DNA of 64,000 nt from contig JBFXKG010000007.1 in assembly GCA_050174015.1 (NCBI GenBank), positions 1 to 64,000 on the forward strand. The letters are read 5' to 3'. Below, piece after piece: positions 36,282 to 48,030 of the stretch; position 1 is the stretch's first letter, and each line of letters begins with the position of its first letter. Source of the stretch: Candidatus Krumholzibacteriia bacterium (GTDB lineage Bacteria; Krumholzibacteriota; Krumholzibacteriia; LZORAL124-64-63). The notes below the pieces were generated by a model. It had not been told where the DNA came from. It saw nothing but the letters and a program-made list of their open reading frames with translations, and searched no databases. A program made the translations under genes and the position numbers.

Positions 36282-37436
36282 CTACCGGAAGGCGCCGATG
36301 GCCCCGCACTCCTGGATCGGACAGGGGGACCCGGGCCGGGGCCTGAAGTCGCGAGCGTCGGGGTCCTGCAGCTGCGGATCCAGTTCCAGGTTGCCCGCCG
36401 TGGCCGCCAGGTGGGCGGCGGGTCCCGTCCAGTCCCCGCCGGCGTTCCCCCAGACCAGACTGCAGGCGACGTCCAGGGTCGCGGACCCCTCGGCGCCGAA
36501 GGCCGCCCCTCGCACGCCTCCGGTGATCAGGGTATGCCGGAGGCTGGCCTGGGCCCCCGCTCCCAGATGGATGCCGCCGCCGCTGCCGGCCGAATTCCAG
36601 GCCAGGGTGGACCGGCGGACCTCCACCGCGGCCGACTGGACGAACACGGCGCCCCCGAAACTGGCGAAGTTGTTGTCGAGCAGGCTGGATTCCAGGATCA
36701 GGATGGCGCTCCGGTCCGCCGCCACGGCTCCGCCCTGGGTGGCGGAATTGGCGTAGAAAACGCAGCCTGAGACCTTCACCGTGCCGCCCATGGCCGACAG
36801 GCCGCCGCCCCGGGCGGCGGTGTTGCCGGCGAAGGTGGAACCGGAGAACCCGGGATCGCCGGGATTGCTGAAGACCGCCCCGCCGATCTCGGCCGAGTTC
36901 TGCTGGAACCGGCAGTCCCGGAACAGGGGCGCGCCGTTCTGGATGGCCACGGCCCCGCCGTTGAGGGCCCAGTTTTCCCGGAACAGGCAGGCCGCGAAGG
37001 TGGGAGAGGCGCCCAGGCAAAGGACCGCCCCGCCCAGGCCCTGGGACTCGGGATGAGCGGGGACGTCCCCCCGGATCATGGCCAGGCCGCGGACCTGCGA
37101 GGCCCTGGTCTCGAAGGTGTGGAAGAAGAAGGCGCGGCCGGCCGTTCCCGCCGGGGCCGTCCCCAGGTCCAGGACGCAGGTCTCCGGCGCCTCCTCGTCC
37201 CCCAGCAGGGTCACGGCCTTGCCGCGGAAGTCCAGATCCAGGTTGCCGGGTCCGCCGTAGACCCCCGGGGCCAGGCGGATCAGGTCGCCGTCGGCCGCGG
37301 CGTCGAGGGCGGCCTGGATGGTGGGGCGATCTCCCGACCCGTCCGGTCGGACGGTCTGCTCGGCGGAGATCGCGGGCCCGGCAGCCAGCAAGACCGCCAG
37401 TCGGATCGCCAGCCCCGTGGCCAGACGCCGCTTCAT
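36282..37436 (-). CDS. Secreted right-handed beta-helix protein (Pmp-like GGA/FxxN repeats)
   Basis: 'DGSGDRPTIQAALDAA', repeated 'FxxN.A..GGA', 'DP…DFRPRPGSPC'. Confidence 0.82.
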   Translation of the reverse strand: MKRRLATGLAIRLAVLLAAGPAISAEQTVRPDGSGDRPTIQAALDAAADGDLIRLAPGVYGGPGNLDLDFRGKAVTLLGDEEAPETCVLDLGTAPAGTAGRAFFFHTFETRASQVRGLAMIRGDVPAHPESQGLGGAVLCLGASPTFAACLFRENWALNGGAVAIQNGAPLFRDCRFQQNSAEIGGAVFSNPGDPGFSGSTFAGNTAARGGGLSAMGGTVKVSGCVFYANSATQGGAVAADRSAILILESSLLDNNFASFGGAVFVQSAAVEVRRSTLAWNSAGSGGGIHLGAGAQASLRHTLITGGVRGAAFGAEGSATLDVACSLVWGNAGGDWTGPAAHLAATAGNLELDPQLQDPDARDFRPRPGSPCPIQECGAIGAFR

Positions 37437-39067
37437 GGGGACCTCCCGGGGATCGGATCCGGCTCGGGCCGGTCCTCGTGCAGCCGGAAGGCGGCGCCGG
37501 CGTGGGGGATCTCGTGGACGGTGACGGACCCGGCGGGCCAGTCCACCCGCACCCGGAAGGGCCCGCTCCGGTCCGCGACACCGATGTGCACCGGCAGGAT
37601 GGACGAGCTCACGTTGTGGACGGTGGCCTGGTGCCGGACGACCCGCGGCGGGTCGCCCTCGAGGGTGACCACGGCGCCGAGACCGCGGGGCGGGGAGGCG
37701 GTCGCCGCGAGTTCCAGGGTCAGCCCGCGACCGGAAGTCCGATTCTCCGCGAGGAGGAGCCCGGCCGGCCGGGAAGCCGGCGTCCGGTAGTCCCCGCCCG
37801 CCAGGAGCAGCAGGTCCAGATCCCCGTCCAGATCGAAGTCGGCGGCGATCACCGATTCGGCCGCAGCCCCCGGTTCACCGGGGCTTCCCCAGATGGCCGT
37901 CACGTCGTTGAAGGTGGCCTCGTCGCCTCCCTGCAGGATCAGCAGGGGCCGATCCCCGTCTGATTCCGGATGCTGCACGAGGAGCAGATCATTCACCCCG
38001 TCGTTGTCGAGGTCGGCCAGGGCCGAGGCCCAGGCCCGCGCGCCCGCAGCCGCAGGGACGGGGAGGGGGCGGAACCGCGGCCCACCGGGAACCGATTCGT
38101 TGATCCACAAGACGGGCGGGCCCTCGGCGGTGCGGCCCTGGAGGCCGGGCGCCGGACCGCAGAGGACCAGGTCCGGGTCGCCGTCGCCGTCGAGGTCCCC
38201 GGCTGCGGCGTGGTGGGGAACCAGGGGCCAGACCGCGGGTCCCAGGCCCGCCCGCTCGGTGGCCTCGGCGAAACCCCGGTCGGTGTTCAGCAGCAGGCCG
38301 GCCCAGCCGGGACGGCCCAGGACCAGCAGATCGCACCGGCCGTCCCCGTCCAGGTCGGCGGTCGCCCCGTTGTGGATCCAGGGAGATCGGGCCCGTTCCC
38401 TCGGCCCGGGAATGCGGCCGCCCGGACGGTCCTGCGGAACGGGCGGCGCCCAGGGCAGCCGGCCGCCGAGATCCACCCATCCCTGATCGGTGGGGGACAG
38501 GAGACGGGGCGGGCTCTGGTAGTTGAAGACGAGCAGTTCGGGTTCGGGACCGCCGCCGAGATCGGCCCAGACGGCGCCCCGTCCCCGTCCCACCGGATCG
38601 CCCGGAAGGTCGTGGCCCGCCCGTTCGTCGAGGCGCCAGCCGGCGGGTGTCCGCACCCAGATCTGATTGACGCCCTCGCCGTATCCCGAGTCGGAACCCA
38701 CGCCCACGAACGCGTCCCAGTCCCCGTCCCGGTCGAAATCGCACGCCGCGGATCCGTGGTGGTCGGGCTGCCGGTCGGGCAGACCGGACGGCAGGGGCTC
38801 CGCAGCGAAGCGCAGTCCGCCCCGGTTCAGGTAGAGGACGGCCCGGTCGGTGTGGCGGGAGACCAGAAGGTCCGGCAGGTCGTCCCCGTTCCAGTCCAGC
38901 ACGGTGGCGCCGTAGGTGTCGCCCTCGTCCGGCAGGCCGGATTCCCCGACGGCGCGCAACATTCCGCCGCCCGGTCCATCGGGTGCGCAGGCCGGCAGGA
39001 CGAGCAAGGCCGCCAGGACCGGCAGGAGGGGCAAGGCCGAGCGGCGGAATGTCAGGAAAATTTCCAT
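37433..39067 (-). CDS. FG-GAP repeat (CRTAC1/ASPIC-UnbV-like) lipoprotein
   Basis: LPA-C lipobox; repeated 'DxDGDGxxDL'; C-terminal 'GAVV…HIGV…VRVDWP'. Confidence 0.82.
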   Translation of the reverse strand: MEIFLTFRRSALPLLPVLAALLVLPACAPDGPGGGMLRAVGESGLPDEGDTYGATVLDWNGDDLPDLLVSRHTDRAVLYLNRGGLRFAAEPLPSGLPDRQPDHHGSAACDFDRDGDWDAFVGVGSDSGYGEGVNQIWVRTPAGWRLDERAGHDLPGDPVGRGRGAVWADLGGGPEPELLVFNYQSPPRLLSPTDQGWVDLGGRLPWAPPVPQDRPGGRIPGPRERARSPWIHNGATADLDGDGRCDLLVLGRPGWAGLLLNTDRGFAEATERAGLGPAVWPLVPHHAAAGDLDGDGDPDLVLCGPAPGLQGRTAEGPPVLWINESVPGGPRFRPLPVPAAAGARAWASALADLDNDGVNDLLLVQHPESDGDRPLLILQGGDEATFNDVTAIWGSPGEPGAAAESVIAADFDLDGDLDLLLLAGGDYRTPASRPAGLLLAENRTSGRGLTLELAATASPPRGLGAVVTLEGDPPRVVRHQATVHNVSSSILPVHIGVADRSGPFRVRVDWPAGSVTVHEIPHAGAAFRLHEDRPEPDPIPGRSP

Positions 39068-39217
39068 GGCCCCGGTTCGTTCGTCCAGGCGAAGGGAAGC
39101 GGCGTTCCGGTGATCATAGGGGATGCGGGGCCGCGGTGACAGCGGGAAGCGCCGGGGGGGAACGAAAACCGGGCGCCCTCGGGAGGACGCCCGGAAACGA
39201 CGGCAGGGATCCGCAGG

Positions 39218-39988
39218 TCAGCCCTTGAAGGCCGCCATGATGAACTCCCGGCGCATCTTGGCGATGTTCTGGATCGAGATCTCCTTGGGACAGACCGCCT
39301 CGCACTCGCCGTGGTTGGAGCAGTCCCCGAAGCCTTCCTCGTCCATCTGGGCGATCATCAGCAACGCCCGCCGGGATCGCTCGGGATCGCCCTGGGGCAG
39401 CACGGCGAACTGGCTGATCTTGGCGCTGACGAACAGCGAGGCCGAGGCGTTGGGGCAGGCCGCCACGCAGGCCCCGCAACCGATGCAGGAGGCGGCGTCC
39501 ATGGCCCGATCGGCCGCCTCCTTGGGGATGGGCACGGCATTGCCGTCGGGGGCCGACCCCACGTTCATGGAGACGAAGCCGCCCTTCTGCTGGATCCGGT
39601 CGAAGGCCGAGCGGTCGACGACGAGATCCTTGATGATCGTGAACGGCTTGGCCCGGAAGGGCTCGATGGTGATGGTTTCGCCGTCGTGGAACTGGCGCAT
39701 GCGGATCTCGCAGGTGGTCGTCCCCGCGTGGGTCCCGTGGGCCACTCCGTTGACGACGAGGCCGCAGGTGCCGCAGATGCCTTCGCGGCAGTCCGAGTCG
39801 AACTCGATGGCCTCCTCGCCCTTGGCGACGAGTTCCTCGTTGACCAGGTCGAGCACTTCCAGCAGGGACATCTCGACCACGACATCCTTCTTGACGTACT
39901 CGATGAACCCGCCGGAACGGGCGCCCCGGGCCTGCCGCCAGATCTTCAGCTTTATGGTCATTCCGCTCTTCGTGGCTTTCTCGCTCAT
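39218..39988 (-). CDS. sdhB: Succinate dehydrogenase/fumarate reductase iron-sulfur subunit
   Basis: 'CREGICGTC', '[11 protein letters not shown]', '[12 protein letters not shown]', 'IKDLVVD'. Confidence 0.95.
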   Translation of the reverse strand: MSEKATKSGMTIKLKIWRQARGARSGGFIEYVKKDVVVEMSLLEVLDLVNEELVAKGEEAIEFDSDCREGICGTCGLVVNGVAHGTHAGTTTCEIRMRQFHDGETITIEPFRAKPFTIIKDLVVDRSAFDRIQQKGGFVSMNVGSAPDGNAVPIPKEAADRAMDAASCIGCGACVAACPNASASLFVSAKISQFAVLPQGDPERSRRALLMIAQMDEEGFGDCSNHGECEAVCPKEISIQNIAKMRREFIMAAFKG

Positions 39989-40003
39989 GGAACTGTCCTT
40001 CCT

Positions 40004-41932
<1,929 letters not shown>

Positions 41933-41933
41933 A

Positions 41934-42644
41934 TCAATGACCTCCCGGAGCGAGATTCGGATCACCGAAGAGGTACATGTAAACGGGGATCGCGATGAAG
42001 CCGATCGCCAGGATCACGCCGTAGAACCAGGCGATCTTGGTCAGGATCGGCAGGTATCTGTCGTTGGTCCAGCCCAGGGACTGGAACGCGCTCCAGAAGC
42101 CGTGGCGCAGGTGCAGCCCCAGCAGGACCATGACGAGCACGGTGAAGGCGGTGAACCCGATGCCCTTGAAGGTGGTCACCACCGTCTTGTAGAGGTTCTT
42201 CACCACCGTGTCGTGCTTGGTGTAGACCTCGTGGTCTCCGAACTTGAACAGCCAGATGTGGGCGATCACGAAGAAGATCAAGAGGATCCCCGTGTAGATC
42301 ATGGACTTGGAGGCGAAGGTCTTGCGGCTCTTGCCGCCGGCGTCCCTGGAGACCTTGTAACCCTCGGAGCGTGCCCTCCGCTTGTCCGTCCAGGCCACGG
42401 TGATGGCGGCGATCATGTGGAAGAGGAAGATGGCGAGCAACACCACTTCGAAGGCGTAGATGAACCAGCCGTGGAGCATGCTCTCGAGGAAATGGGCATA
42501 GTCGTTGAAGGCGTCGGGACCGATGAAGAGGGTGAGATTACCGATCAGATGGACGGTGACGAACCCGATGAGGGCCAGTCCCGTGATGCCGGTGATCACC
42601 TTCTTCCCGACCGACGACCAGGCTACCGAGCCGATTGAAGCCAT
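41934..42644 (-). CDS. sdhC: Succinate dehydrogenase cytochrome b subunit (single 5-TM, dihaem type)
   Basis: 'SSVGKK', His ligands in 'VHLIGN', 'LFHM', 'IAHI', '[15 protein letters not shown]'; AGGAG RBS. Confidence 0.92.
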   Translation of the reverse strand: MASIGSVAWSSVGKKVITGITGLALIGFVTVHLIGNLTLFIGPDAFNDYAHFLESMLHGWFIYAFEVVLLAIFLFHMIAAITVAWTDKRRARSEGYKVSRDAGGKSRKTFASKSMIYTGILLIFFVIAHIWLFKFGDHEVYTKHDTVVKNLYKTVVTTFKGIGFTAFTVLVMVLLGLHLRHGFWSAFQSLGWTNDRYLPILTKIAWFYGVILAIGFIAIPVYMYLFGDPNLAPGGH

Positions 42645-42814
42645 GAATCCTAGTCTCCTGGGAAGTAGGTCAGCGTGAGCCGTCATGGACTGTGGAATTA
42701 GAACATAATCGCCAGGAGCGGGCAGCACAATTTTTTGAAAGGCGGGCCGGGAATGAAGGGCAACCCCTTGGCTGATAATAAAATCCCTTATCGATAGTGG
42801 GACTTGTCACGAAA

Positions 42815-43969
42815 TTAACGGGCCCTGCCCAGCAGCTCCCTGGTCACCGTATCCAGCAGTCCGACTCCCACCGGCAGCAGGGCGTCGTTGAAGTCGAAAT
42901 CGGGCGCGTGGAGCACCGGGTGCCCGGTCCCGGCGCCCAGCCCGATCATGGCGCCCCTGCCCAGGGCGGCCAGGTGACCGAAATCCTCGGACCAGCGGAA
43001 GGGGCTCTCCTCGGGCTCGATCACCTCCAGGTGAAGCGCCGCGGCGGCTGCGGCGACGATGCCCACCGCCCGGGGATCGTTGGTGGTGACCGGGAATTCC
43101 TCGCTGAATTCGACGGAGCAGGACAATCCGTGGTCGGCCGCGGCGGCGGCGGCGACCTCCCGGGCGCCTTCCTTGAGGGCGGCGAGGACTCCGTCGTCGT
43201 CGCTGCGCACGGTGGCGAGCACCTCGGCTTCCCCGGGGGTGATGCCGAAAGCCCGCTCGCCGATCCTGGTGTGGACGATGGTCACCAGGGCCAGGCGGCC
43301 CGATCCCCGCCACCGGTCCGGGAGGTTGATGAGGTCCAGGATGAGGCGGGCGACGGCCCGGTCGGGACTGCGTCCCTGCTCGGGGTAAGCCGCGTGGCTG
43401 GTGCGACCGGTGAGCCCGATCGCCACCCCTGCGCTGCCCGCTGCGAAGGGTCCGTCCCGCAAAAGGAGCGAGCCCTCGGGATAGCCCGGCAGGTTGTGCA
43501 GGGCGAAGATCCAGTCGGGATGCAGGGCGCCGAAGCGCGGATCCGCCAGCAGGGCGGCCGCACCCTCTCCCGTCTCCTCGGCCGGCTGGAACACCAGCAC
43601 GCACCGCCCGCAGGCCGGAGGTCGGGCGGCCAGCCGCTGGGCGGCCCCCAGCAGGATGGTCATGTGCCCGTCATGGCCGCACTTGTGGGCCACGCCGGGA
43701 GAGAAGGAGGCATGGTCGAGATCCAGCGTCTCGGGGATGGGCAGGGCGTCCAGCTCGGCCCGCAGCATGACGGTGGGGCCAGGCCCGGGGCCACTGAAGA
43801 CCGCGGCGATCCCGTGGCCCCCCAGGCCGGTCAGCAGTTCGCCGGGATGGAGGGAGGCCAGGGCCTCGGCGACGAAGGCGGCGGTGGTCTCCTCCCGGCC
43901 CGAGACCTCGGCCAGGGCATGCAGACGGCGGCGGAGGTCCGCCAGGTCGAAGGGTCGCGGGGTGGCCAT
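42815..43969 (-). CDS. M20D amidohydrolase
   Basis: 'RRRLH…EVSGRE', 'RAELDALP', 'HKCGHDGH', 'FQPAEE', 'SEDFG'. Confidence 0.92.
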   Translation of the reverse strand: MATPRPFDLADLRRRLHALAEVSGREETTAAFVAEALASLHPGELLTGLGGHGIAAVFSGPGPGPTVMLRAELDALPIPETLDLDHASFSPGVAHKCGHDGHMTILLGAAQRLAARPPACGRCVLVFQPAEETGEGAAALLADPRFGALHPDWIFALHNLPGYPEGSLLLRDGPFAAGSAGVAIGLTGRTSHAAYPEQGRSPDRAVARLILDLINLPDRWRGSGRLALVTIVHTRIGERAFGITPGEAEVLATVRSDDDGVLAALKEGAREVAAAAAADHGLSCSVEFSEEFPVTTNDPRAVGIVAAAAAALHLEVIEPEESPFRWSEDFGHLAALGRGAMIGLGAGTGHPVLHAPDFDFNDALLPVGVGLLDTVTRELLGRAR

Positions 43970-44135
43970 GCGGGCGCCGTCCTTTCCCGGGATGACGTTC
44001 ATTCAAGGTGCGTTGGGGGCGGCCCCGGCCGGCTCCGGCCGACGACGGCCCGCACGGTTTCGCGGGTGGACGGATTGTCCGCGATCGCTCATCATCGCGC
44101 CACCCGGAATCCATCCTCCAGCAGGGAAGATAGCC

Positions 44136-45347
44136 ATGGACGAGACCACCGGCGCGGTCCGCAGCATGTACGAGCAGTACCCCTACCCCTCCGGTCCGGT
44201 CGTCAACCGGATCGGGGCGGACGTCGAACTCGTCCTGAGTTACGGGTCAAGGCGCAGGGAGACGAGCGGCCCCTACCGGGTGCTGGATGCGGGCTGCGGC
44301 CGCGGGCTCGGCCTCCTGGGGGCGGCCACCCTGCAACCGGAGGTGCGGTTCCTGGGCGTGGACGTCAGCCGCGTCTCCCTGGAGGACGCCCGCCGCCAGG
44401 CGGATCAGCGGGGGCTGAAGAACGTGGCTTTCGCCGAGGTGGATCTCATGACCCTGGACGGGCTGGAGGTTCCCCCGGGCGGATTCGACGTGATCCACTC
44501 CTCGGGGGTGCTGCACCACCTGGCCGACCCGCTGGCGGCGCTGGCGGGGCTGAGGGGCGTCCTGGCTCCCCATGGTGTCATCAACCTGATGGTCTACGGG
44601 CGGTGCGGGAGGGAATCCCTGCAGGAACTCGCCGGCGCCGTGGCCCTGCTCTTTCCCCCGGAGGTGGGCCTGGAAGGTCGCCTGCCCGCCGCCCGCGAAG
44701 TCGCCGCCCTTGCCCGCGGTCACGCCCTGGCGGGCACCCGGTTCGAGGACACCGCCGGGGTCGACGACGTGGAGTTCGTCGACCGGATGCTGAACGTCAA
44801 CGAGACGAGCTACGACGTTCCGGCTCTCTTCGACCTGCTGGAGGCCACGGGCTTGACCTTCCTGCGCTGGCTGGAGCCCGCGGACTGGGATCCGCGCCGA
44901 GTGGTTCCCGACGGCGAACTCCGTCGTCGCCTCCTGGACCTGGATCCCCGCCGGCGGTTCACCGTGCTTGAGCGGATCTTCCGGCCCGCGGGGCTGGAAC
45001 TGATCGTCGCCCACGCGGGCAACGAGCCCCGGCCGCCCTTGACCGCCGCCGACCTTTCCAGGGCCCGATTCCGGCTTCATCCCGAGACGGTCGTCACCAA
45101 GGGGGTGCGCCACACCCCGGGCGACATCCGGATCGAGACCCTGAGCTTCACCGTGCGCACGCGGAAGCCCGTGACCCTGGGAGCGGGTCCGGCGGCGGTT
45201 GCAGTCATGCTGATGGCGGAGAGGCCGGGCGCCAGGACGGGGACGGCCTTGCTCTCGGACCTGAAGAGGGCCGGTCTGGGGTCTGCCGAAGCCCAGGCGG
45301 TCATTCTCGAACTTCTGCGCCACGAGGTGATTTTCAGATTACCCTGA
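44136..45347 (+). CDS. Class I SAM-dependent methyltransferase with C-terminal extension
   Basis: 'YEQYPYP', 'VLDAGCGRG', 'FDVIHSSGVLHHL', 'LMVYG'. Confidence 0.88.
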   Translation: MDETTGAVRSMYEQYPYPSGPVVNRIGADVELVLSYGSRRRETSGPYRVLDAGCGRGLGLLGAATLQPEVRFLGVDVSRVSLEDARRQADQRGLKNVAFAEVDLMTLDGLEVPPGGFDVIHSSGVLHHLADPLAALAGLRGVLAPHGVINLMVYGRCGRESLQELAGAVALLFPPEVGLEGRLPAAREVAALARGHALAGTRFEDTAGVDDVEFVDRMLNVNETSYDVPALFDLLEATGLTFLRWLEPADWDPRRVVPDGELRRRLLDLDPRRRFTVLERIFRPAGLELIVAHAGNEPRPPLTAADLSRARFRLHPETVVTKGVRHTPGDIRIETLSFTVRTRKPVTLGAGPAAVAVMLMAERPGARTGTALLSDLKRAGLGSAEAQAVILELLRHEVIFRLP

Positions 45348-45390
45348 CCATGAGATAAAGTGATGTTATTTCAATTGATAAAGATAACGC

Positions 45391-45417
45391 TTAATCAGGA
45401 CGATGAAAGGTCGATAT
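45391..45417 (+). promoter_or_regulatory. Putative sigma28 promoter of the chemoreceptor gene
   Basis: TTAA-15 nt-GTCGATAT about 40 nt upstream of ATG 45457, in an AT-rich intergenic region. Confidence 0.5.
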
Positions 45418-45456
45418 TATCCCCAGTAACCTGTCGTTTTCCACTGGGGGTTTTCC

Positions 45457-47157
45457 ATGTTCCGATCCTGGAGTCTCAAAACAAAGCTTATGGTCCTCGG
45501 CGTTGTCGGGATCACGGTTCTGGTGTCCGCCCAGGCGGTGGTGAATTACAACCGGATGTGGGATCTCGCCGTCGGGCAGAGTGTCGACAAGACGCGAAGC
45601 GTGGTCCTGATGGCGGAGGCCGCCCGTGAGGAGATGGGCAACAAGTGGGACAGCGGTCTGATCACGCCTGGGATGTTGCGCGAGTGGGCCGATGCCGGGG
45701 AACTCGACAAGGTCGTCGCTGCGGTTCCGGTGATCACGGCCTGGAAGATGGTCGAAGCCAAGGCCGAGGCGGGTGGATTCTCCCTGAAGGTCCCCAAGAA
45801 CCAGCCCAGGAATCCGGACAACGAACCCGATTCCCGAGAGCGGGAGATCCTCGCGATATTCGAGAACGAAGGGCTCGAGGAATACAGCTTCGTGGATCAT
45901 GATCAGAATGCGGTCCGGTATTTCCGTCCCATCCGTCTGACCCGGGAATGCCTGCTTTGTCATGGTGATCCGGCGACCTCGGAGGAAATCTGGGGCAACA
46001 CAGCCGGTCTGGATCCCACCGGTACGCGCATGGAGAACTGGCACGAGGGGGAGGTCCACGGTGCTTTCGAGATCATCCAGTCCCTGGATGCCACCCAGGC
46101 AATGATCCGGGCGACCATGTGGCGGAACCTGCTGATCAGCGCGGTGCTCGGCCTGCTGGGAATGGGCCTTTTCGCCTGGACCATCACCAGCGCCGTCACC
46201 CGACCCATCTTCCGGGTCATATCCCGTCTGCGAAACAACGCCGAACAGGTGAGCGTGTTCTCGGGCCAGGTGGCCGATTCGGGGACCAACCTCGCCAACA
46301 GCGCATCCACCCAGGCTGCGAGCCTGGAGGAGATCAGCGCCTCCCTGACCGAGATCACCCGCCTGACCACGGCCAATGCGGACAAGGCCGACGGCGTGAA
46401 TGAATCGGTCCACCACGTCCAGAACGCAGCCTCTGACGGCAAGGCGGCCATGGGGAGGATGGCCGAGGCCATCGAGAAGATCCGCAAGGGCGCAGAGCAG
46501 TCGACCTCCATCGTCGGCAGCATCGATGCCATCGCCTTCCAGACCAATCTGCTGGCCCTGAATGCGGCCGTCGAGGCCGCCCGGGCCGGCGATGCCGGCA
46601 AGGGCTTCGCCGTGGTGGCCGAAGAGGTCCGCAACCTCGCCAGGCGGAGCGCAGATGCGGCGAGCGACACAACGCGCATCCTCGCCGAATCCGGGGAGAG
46701 TTCCCAGCAGGGCGTGGTCATCGCAGGGGAAGTGGAGAAGTGCCTCGAGCGGATCGCAGCCTGTGTGGACGACATGGAAGCCATGGTCCGTGACGTCTCC
46801 CACGCGAGCATGGAACAGGCCCGGGGCGTGACCGAGATCAACGCGGCCGTAACGGACATGGATCATGTGACCCAGGGCAATGCCGCCAGTGCCGAGGAAT
46901 CGGCGGCCGGGGCCGAGGAACTCGCCGCCCAGGCGGTCGAACTCAACGGGCTGGTGGGGGAACTGGTGGTAGTCGTGGCCGGACGGTCGCCGGGCCGGCC
47001 GGCCTCTTCCGGCCCCGCCACAGGACATGGGGGCAAGCCCGGCGGGGGGGCGTCGGCCGGACGCGGCAAGGGATCGAAACCCCTGCCGAACAGGACTGCC
47101 GGACCCCGGAAGGCTCAGGAAGTCCTCAGGTTGGAGGAAGAGGAGATCCTCATCTGA
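45457..47157 (+). CDS. Methyl-accepting chemotaxis protein with periplasmic heme-c (DUF3365/Tll0287-like) sensor
   Basis: Two TM segments; 'PRNPDNEPD…E', 'YFRPI…CLLCHG'; 'IAFQTNLLALNAAVEAARAG…GFAVVAEEVRNLA'. Confidence 0.93.
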   Translation: MFRSWSLKTKLMVLGVVGITVLVSAQAVVNYNRMWDLAVGQSVDKTRSVVLMAEAAREEMGNKWDSGLITPGMLREWADAGELDKVVAAVPVITAWKMVEAKAEAGGFSLKVPKNQPRNPDNEPDSREREILAIFENEGLEEYSFVDHDQNAVRYFRPIRLTRECLLCHGDPATSEEIWGNTAGLDPTGTRMENWHEGEVHGAFEIIQSLDATQAMIRATMWRNLLISAVLGLLGMGLFAWTITSAVTRPIFRVISRLRNNAEQVSVFSGQVADSGTNLANSASTQAASLEEISASLTEITRLTTANADKADGVNESVHHVQNAASDGKAAMGRMAEAIEKIRKGAEQSTSIVGSIDAIAFQTNLLALNAAVEAARAGDAGKGFAVVAEEVRNLARRSADAASDTTRILAESGESSQQGVVIAGEVEKCLERIAACVDDMEAMVRDVSHASMEQARGVTEINAAVTDMDHVTQGNAASAEESAAGAEELAAQAVELNGLVGELVVVVAGRSPGRPASSGPATGHGGKPGGGASAGRGKGSKPLPNRTAGPRKAQEVLRLEEEEILI

Positions 47158-47182
47158 ATCCAGGATTTTCCCAGGGGGGGTC

Positions 47183-47208
47183 GGCGGCGGTTCGGCAGAG
47201 CCGCCGCC
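47183..47208. terminator. GC-rich hairpin between convergent genes
   Basis: GGCGGCGGTTC-GGCA-GAGCCGCCGCC; no clear U-tract. Confidence 0.45.
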
Positions 47209-47214
47209 CTCGTC

Positions 47215-47796
47215 CTACCGGTAGGTGGCCTTGAGCCGGGACCAGCTCTCCGCCCGCTCGGCGACCGGTTCCAGCGAGACGGCGAGCATGTTGTTCGATT
47301 CGTCGGCCTCGGCCACGGAATCCTCCTCGTCGATGGCCACGGAACAGATCATCTCGTCGTGGTAGGTGAGCGGATGGGCCGGCTCCAGGTAGAGGTACAC
47401 GCACCCGCAACCCATCATGGAGGTGTTGTAGTAGATCATCTGCACGCAGGCGGCGGCAGTCGGCTGGCCGTTGGTGTCCTTGTCCTCGCAATAGCCGTAA
47501 TCGCAGTTGGGCGGGCTGAACATGTTGCAGGTGCTGGGCAGGCTGGTCAGCATGTTGAACGGCCCGCTGCCGACCGGTTGACCGTCGAGATAGTACCGCA
47601 CAGTGGTGCTGATCGGGGCGGCGTAGCCCTGGTCCAGGATGGTGATCTCGGCGGCGACCAGCAGGTCGTTCCCCACGAGGGAGGCCTGCACCGCAGTGAC
47701 CATCAGGTCGACGTCGCCCTGGGCGGATGATACGGCGGGAATCCCCGCCAGGATGGCCGCCGCGGCGGCCAGGATGGGAATCAGTCGGGTATTCAT
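47215..47796 (-). CDS. Secreted CARDB-like protein with Cys-rich insert and C-terminal SWSRLKATYR tail
   Basis: Signal peptide; 'DLMV', 'VRYYLDG', 'IDEEDSVAEADESNN'; 7 Cys. Confidence 0.75.
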   Translation of the reverse strand: MNTRLIPILAAAAAILAGIPAVSSAQGDVDLMVTAVQASLVGNDLLVAAEITILDQGYAAPISTTVRYYLDGQPVGSGPFNMLTSLPSTCNMFSPPNCDYGYCEDKDTNGQPTAAACVQMIYYNTSMMGCGCVYLYLEPAHPLTYHDEMICSVAIDEEDSVAEADESNNMLAVSLEPVAERAESWSRLKATYR

Positions 47797-48030
47797 GATC
47801 GACCCCCTCGCGAACGATAACCAGTTGTCCTTGTCTCGCCTCCTCGGGCTTGTGTCCTTCGTTGCCGCCGTGGGTGTTTGGCGGGAGCGGGGAATCTTAC
47901 GGGGGAACTCCGATGACCCGATCCCTGGTCATCACATTCTAGTCGTCGGCGGGGAGCAGACCGGATGGACCTGCGGATCCTGTTTCCGCAACGGACCGGA
48001 TCGGCTACCATTCCGGGGAAGGAGGCCGTC

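Noticed and set aside
36282..36330. Expected W-K-Y tail on the beta-helix protein
   Set aside because: The protein ends CGAIGAFR* with no Trp/Lys motif, so it is not counted as a tail-bearing protein
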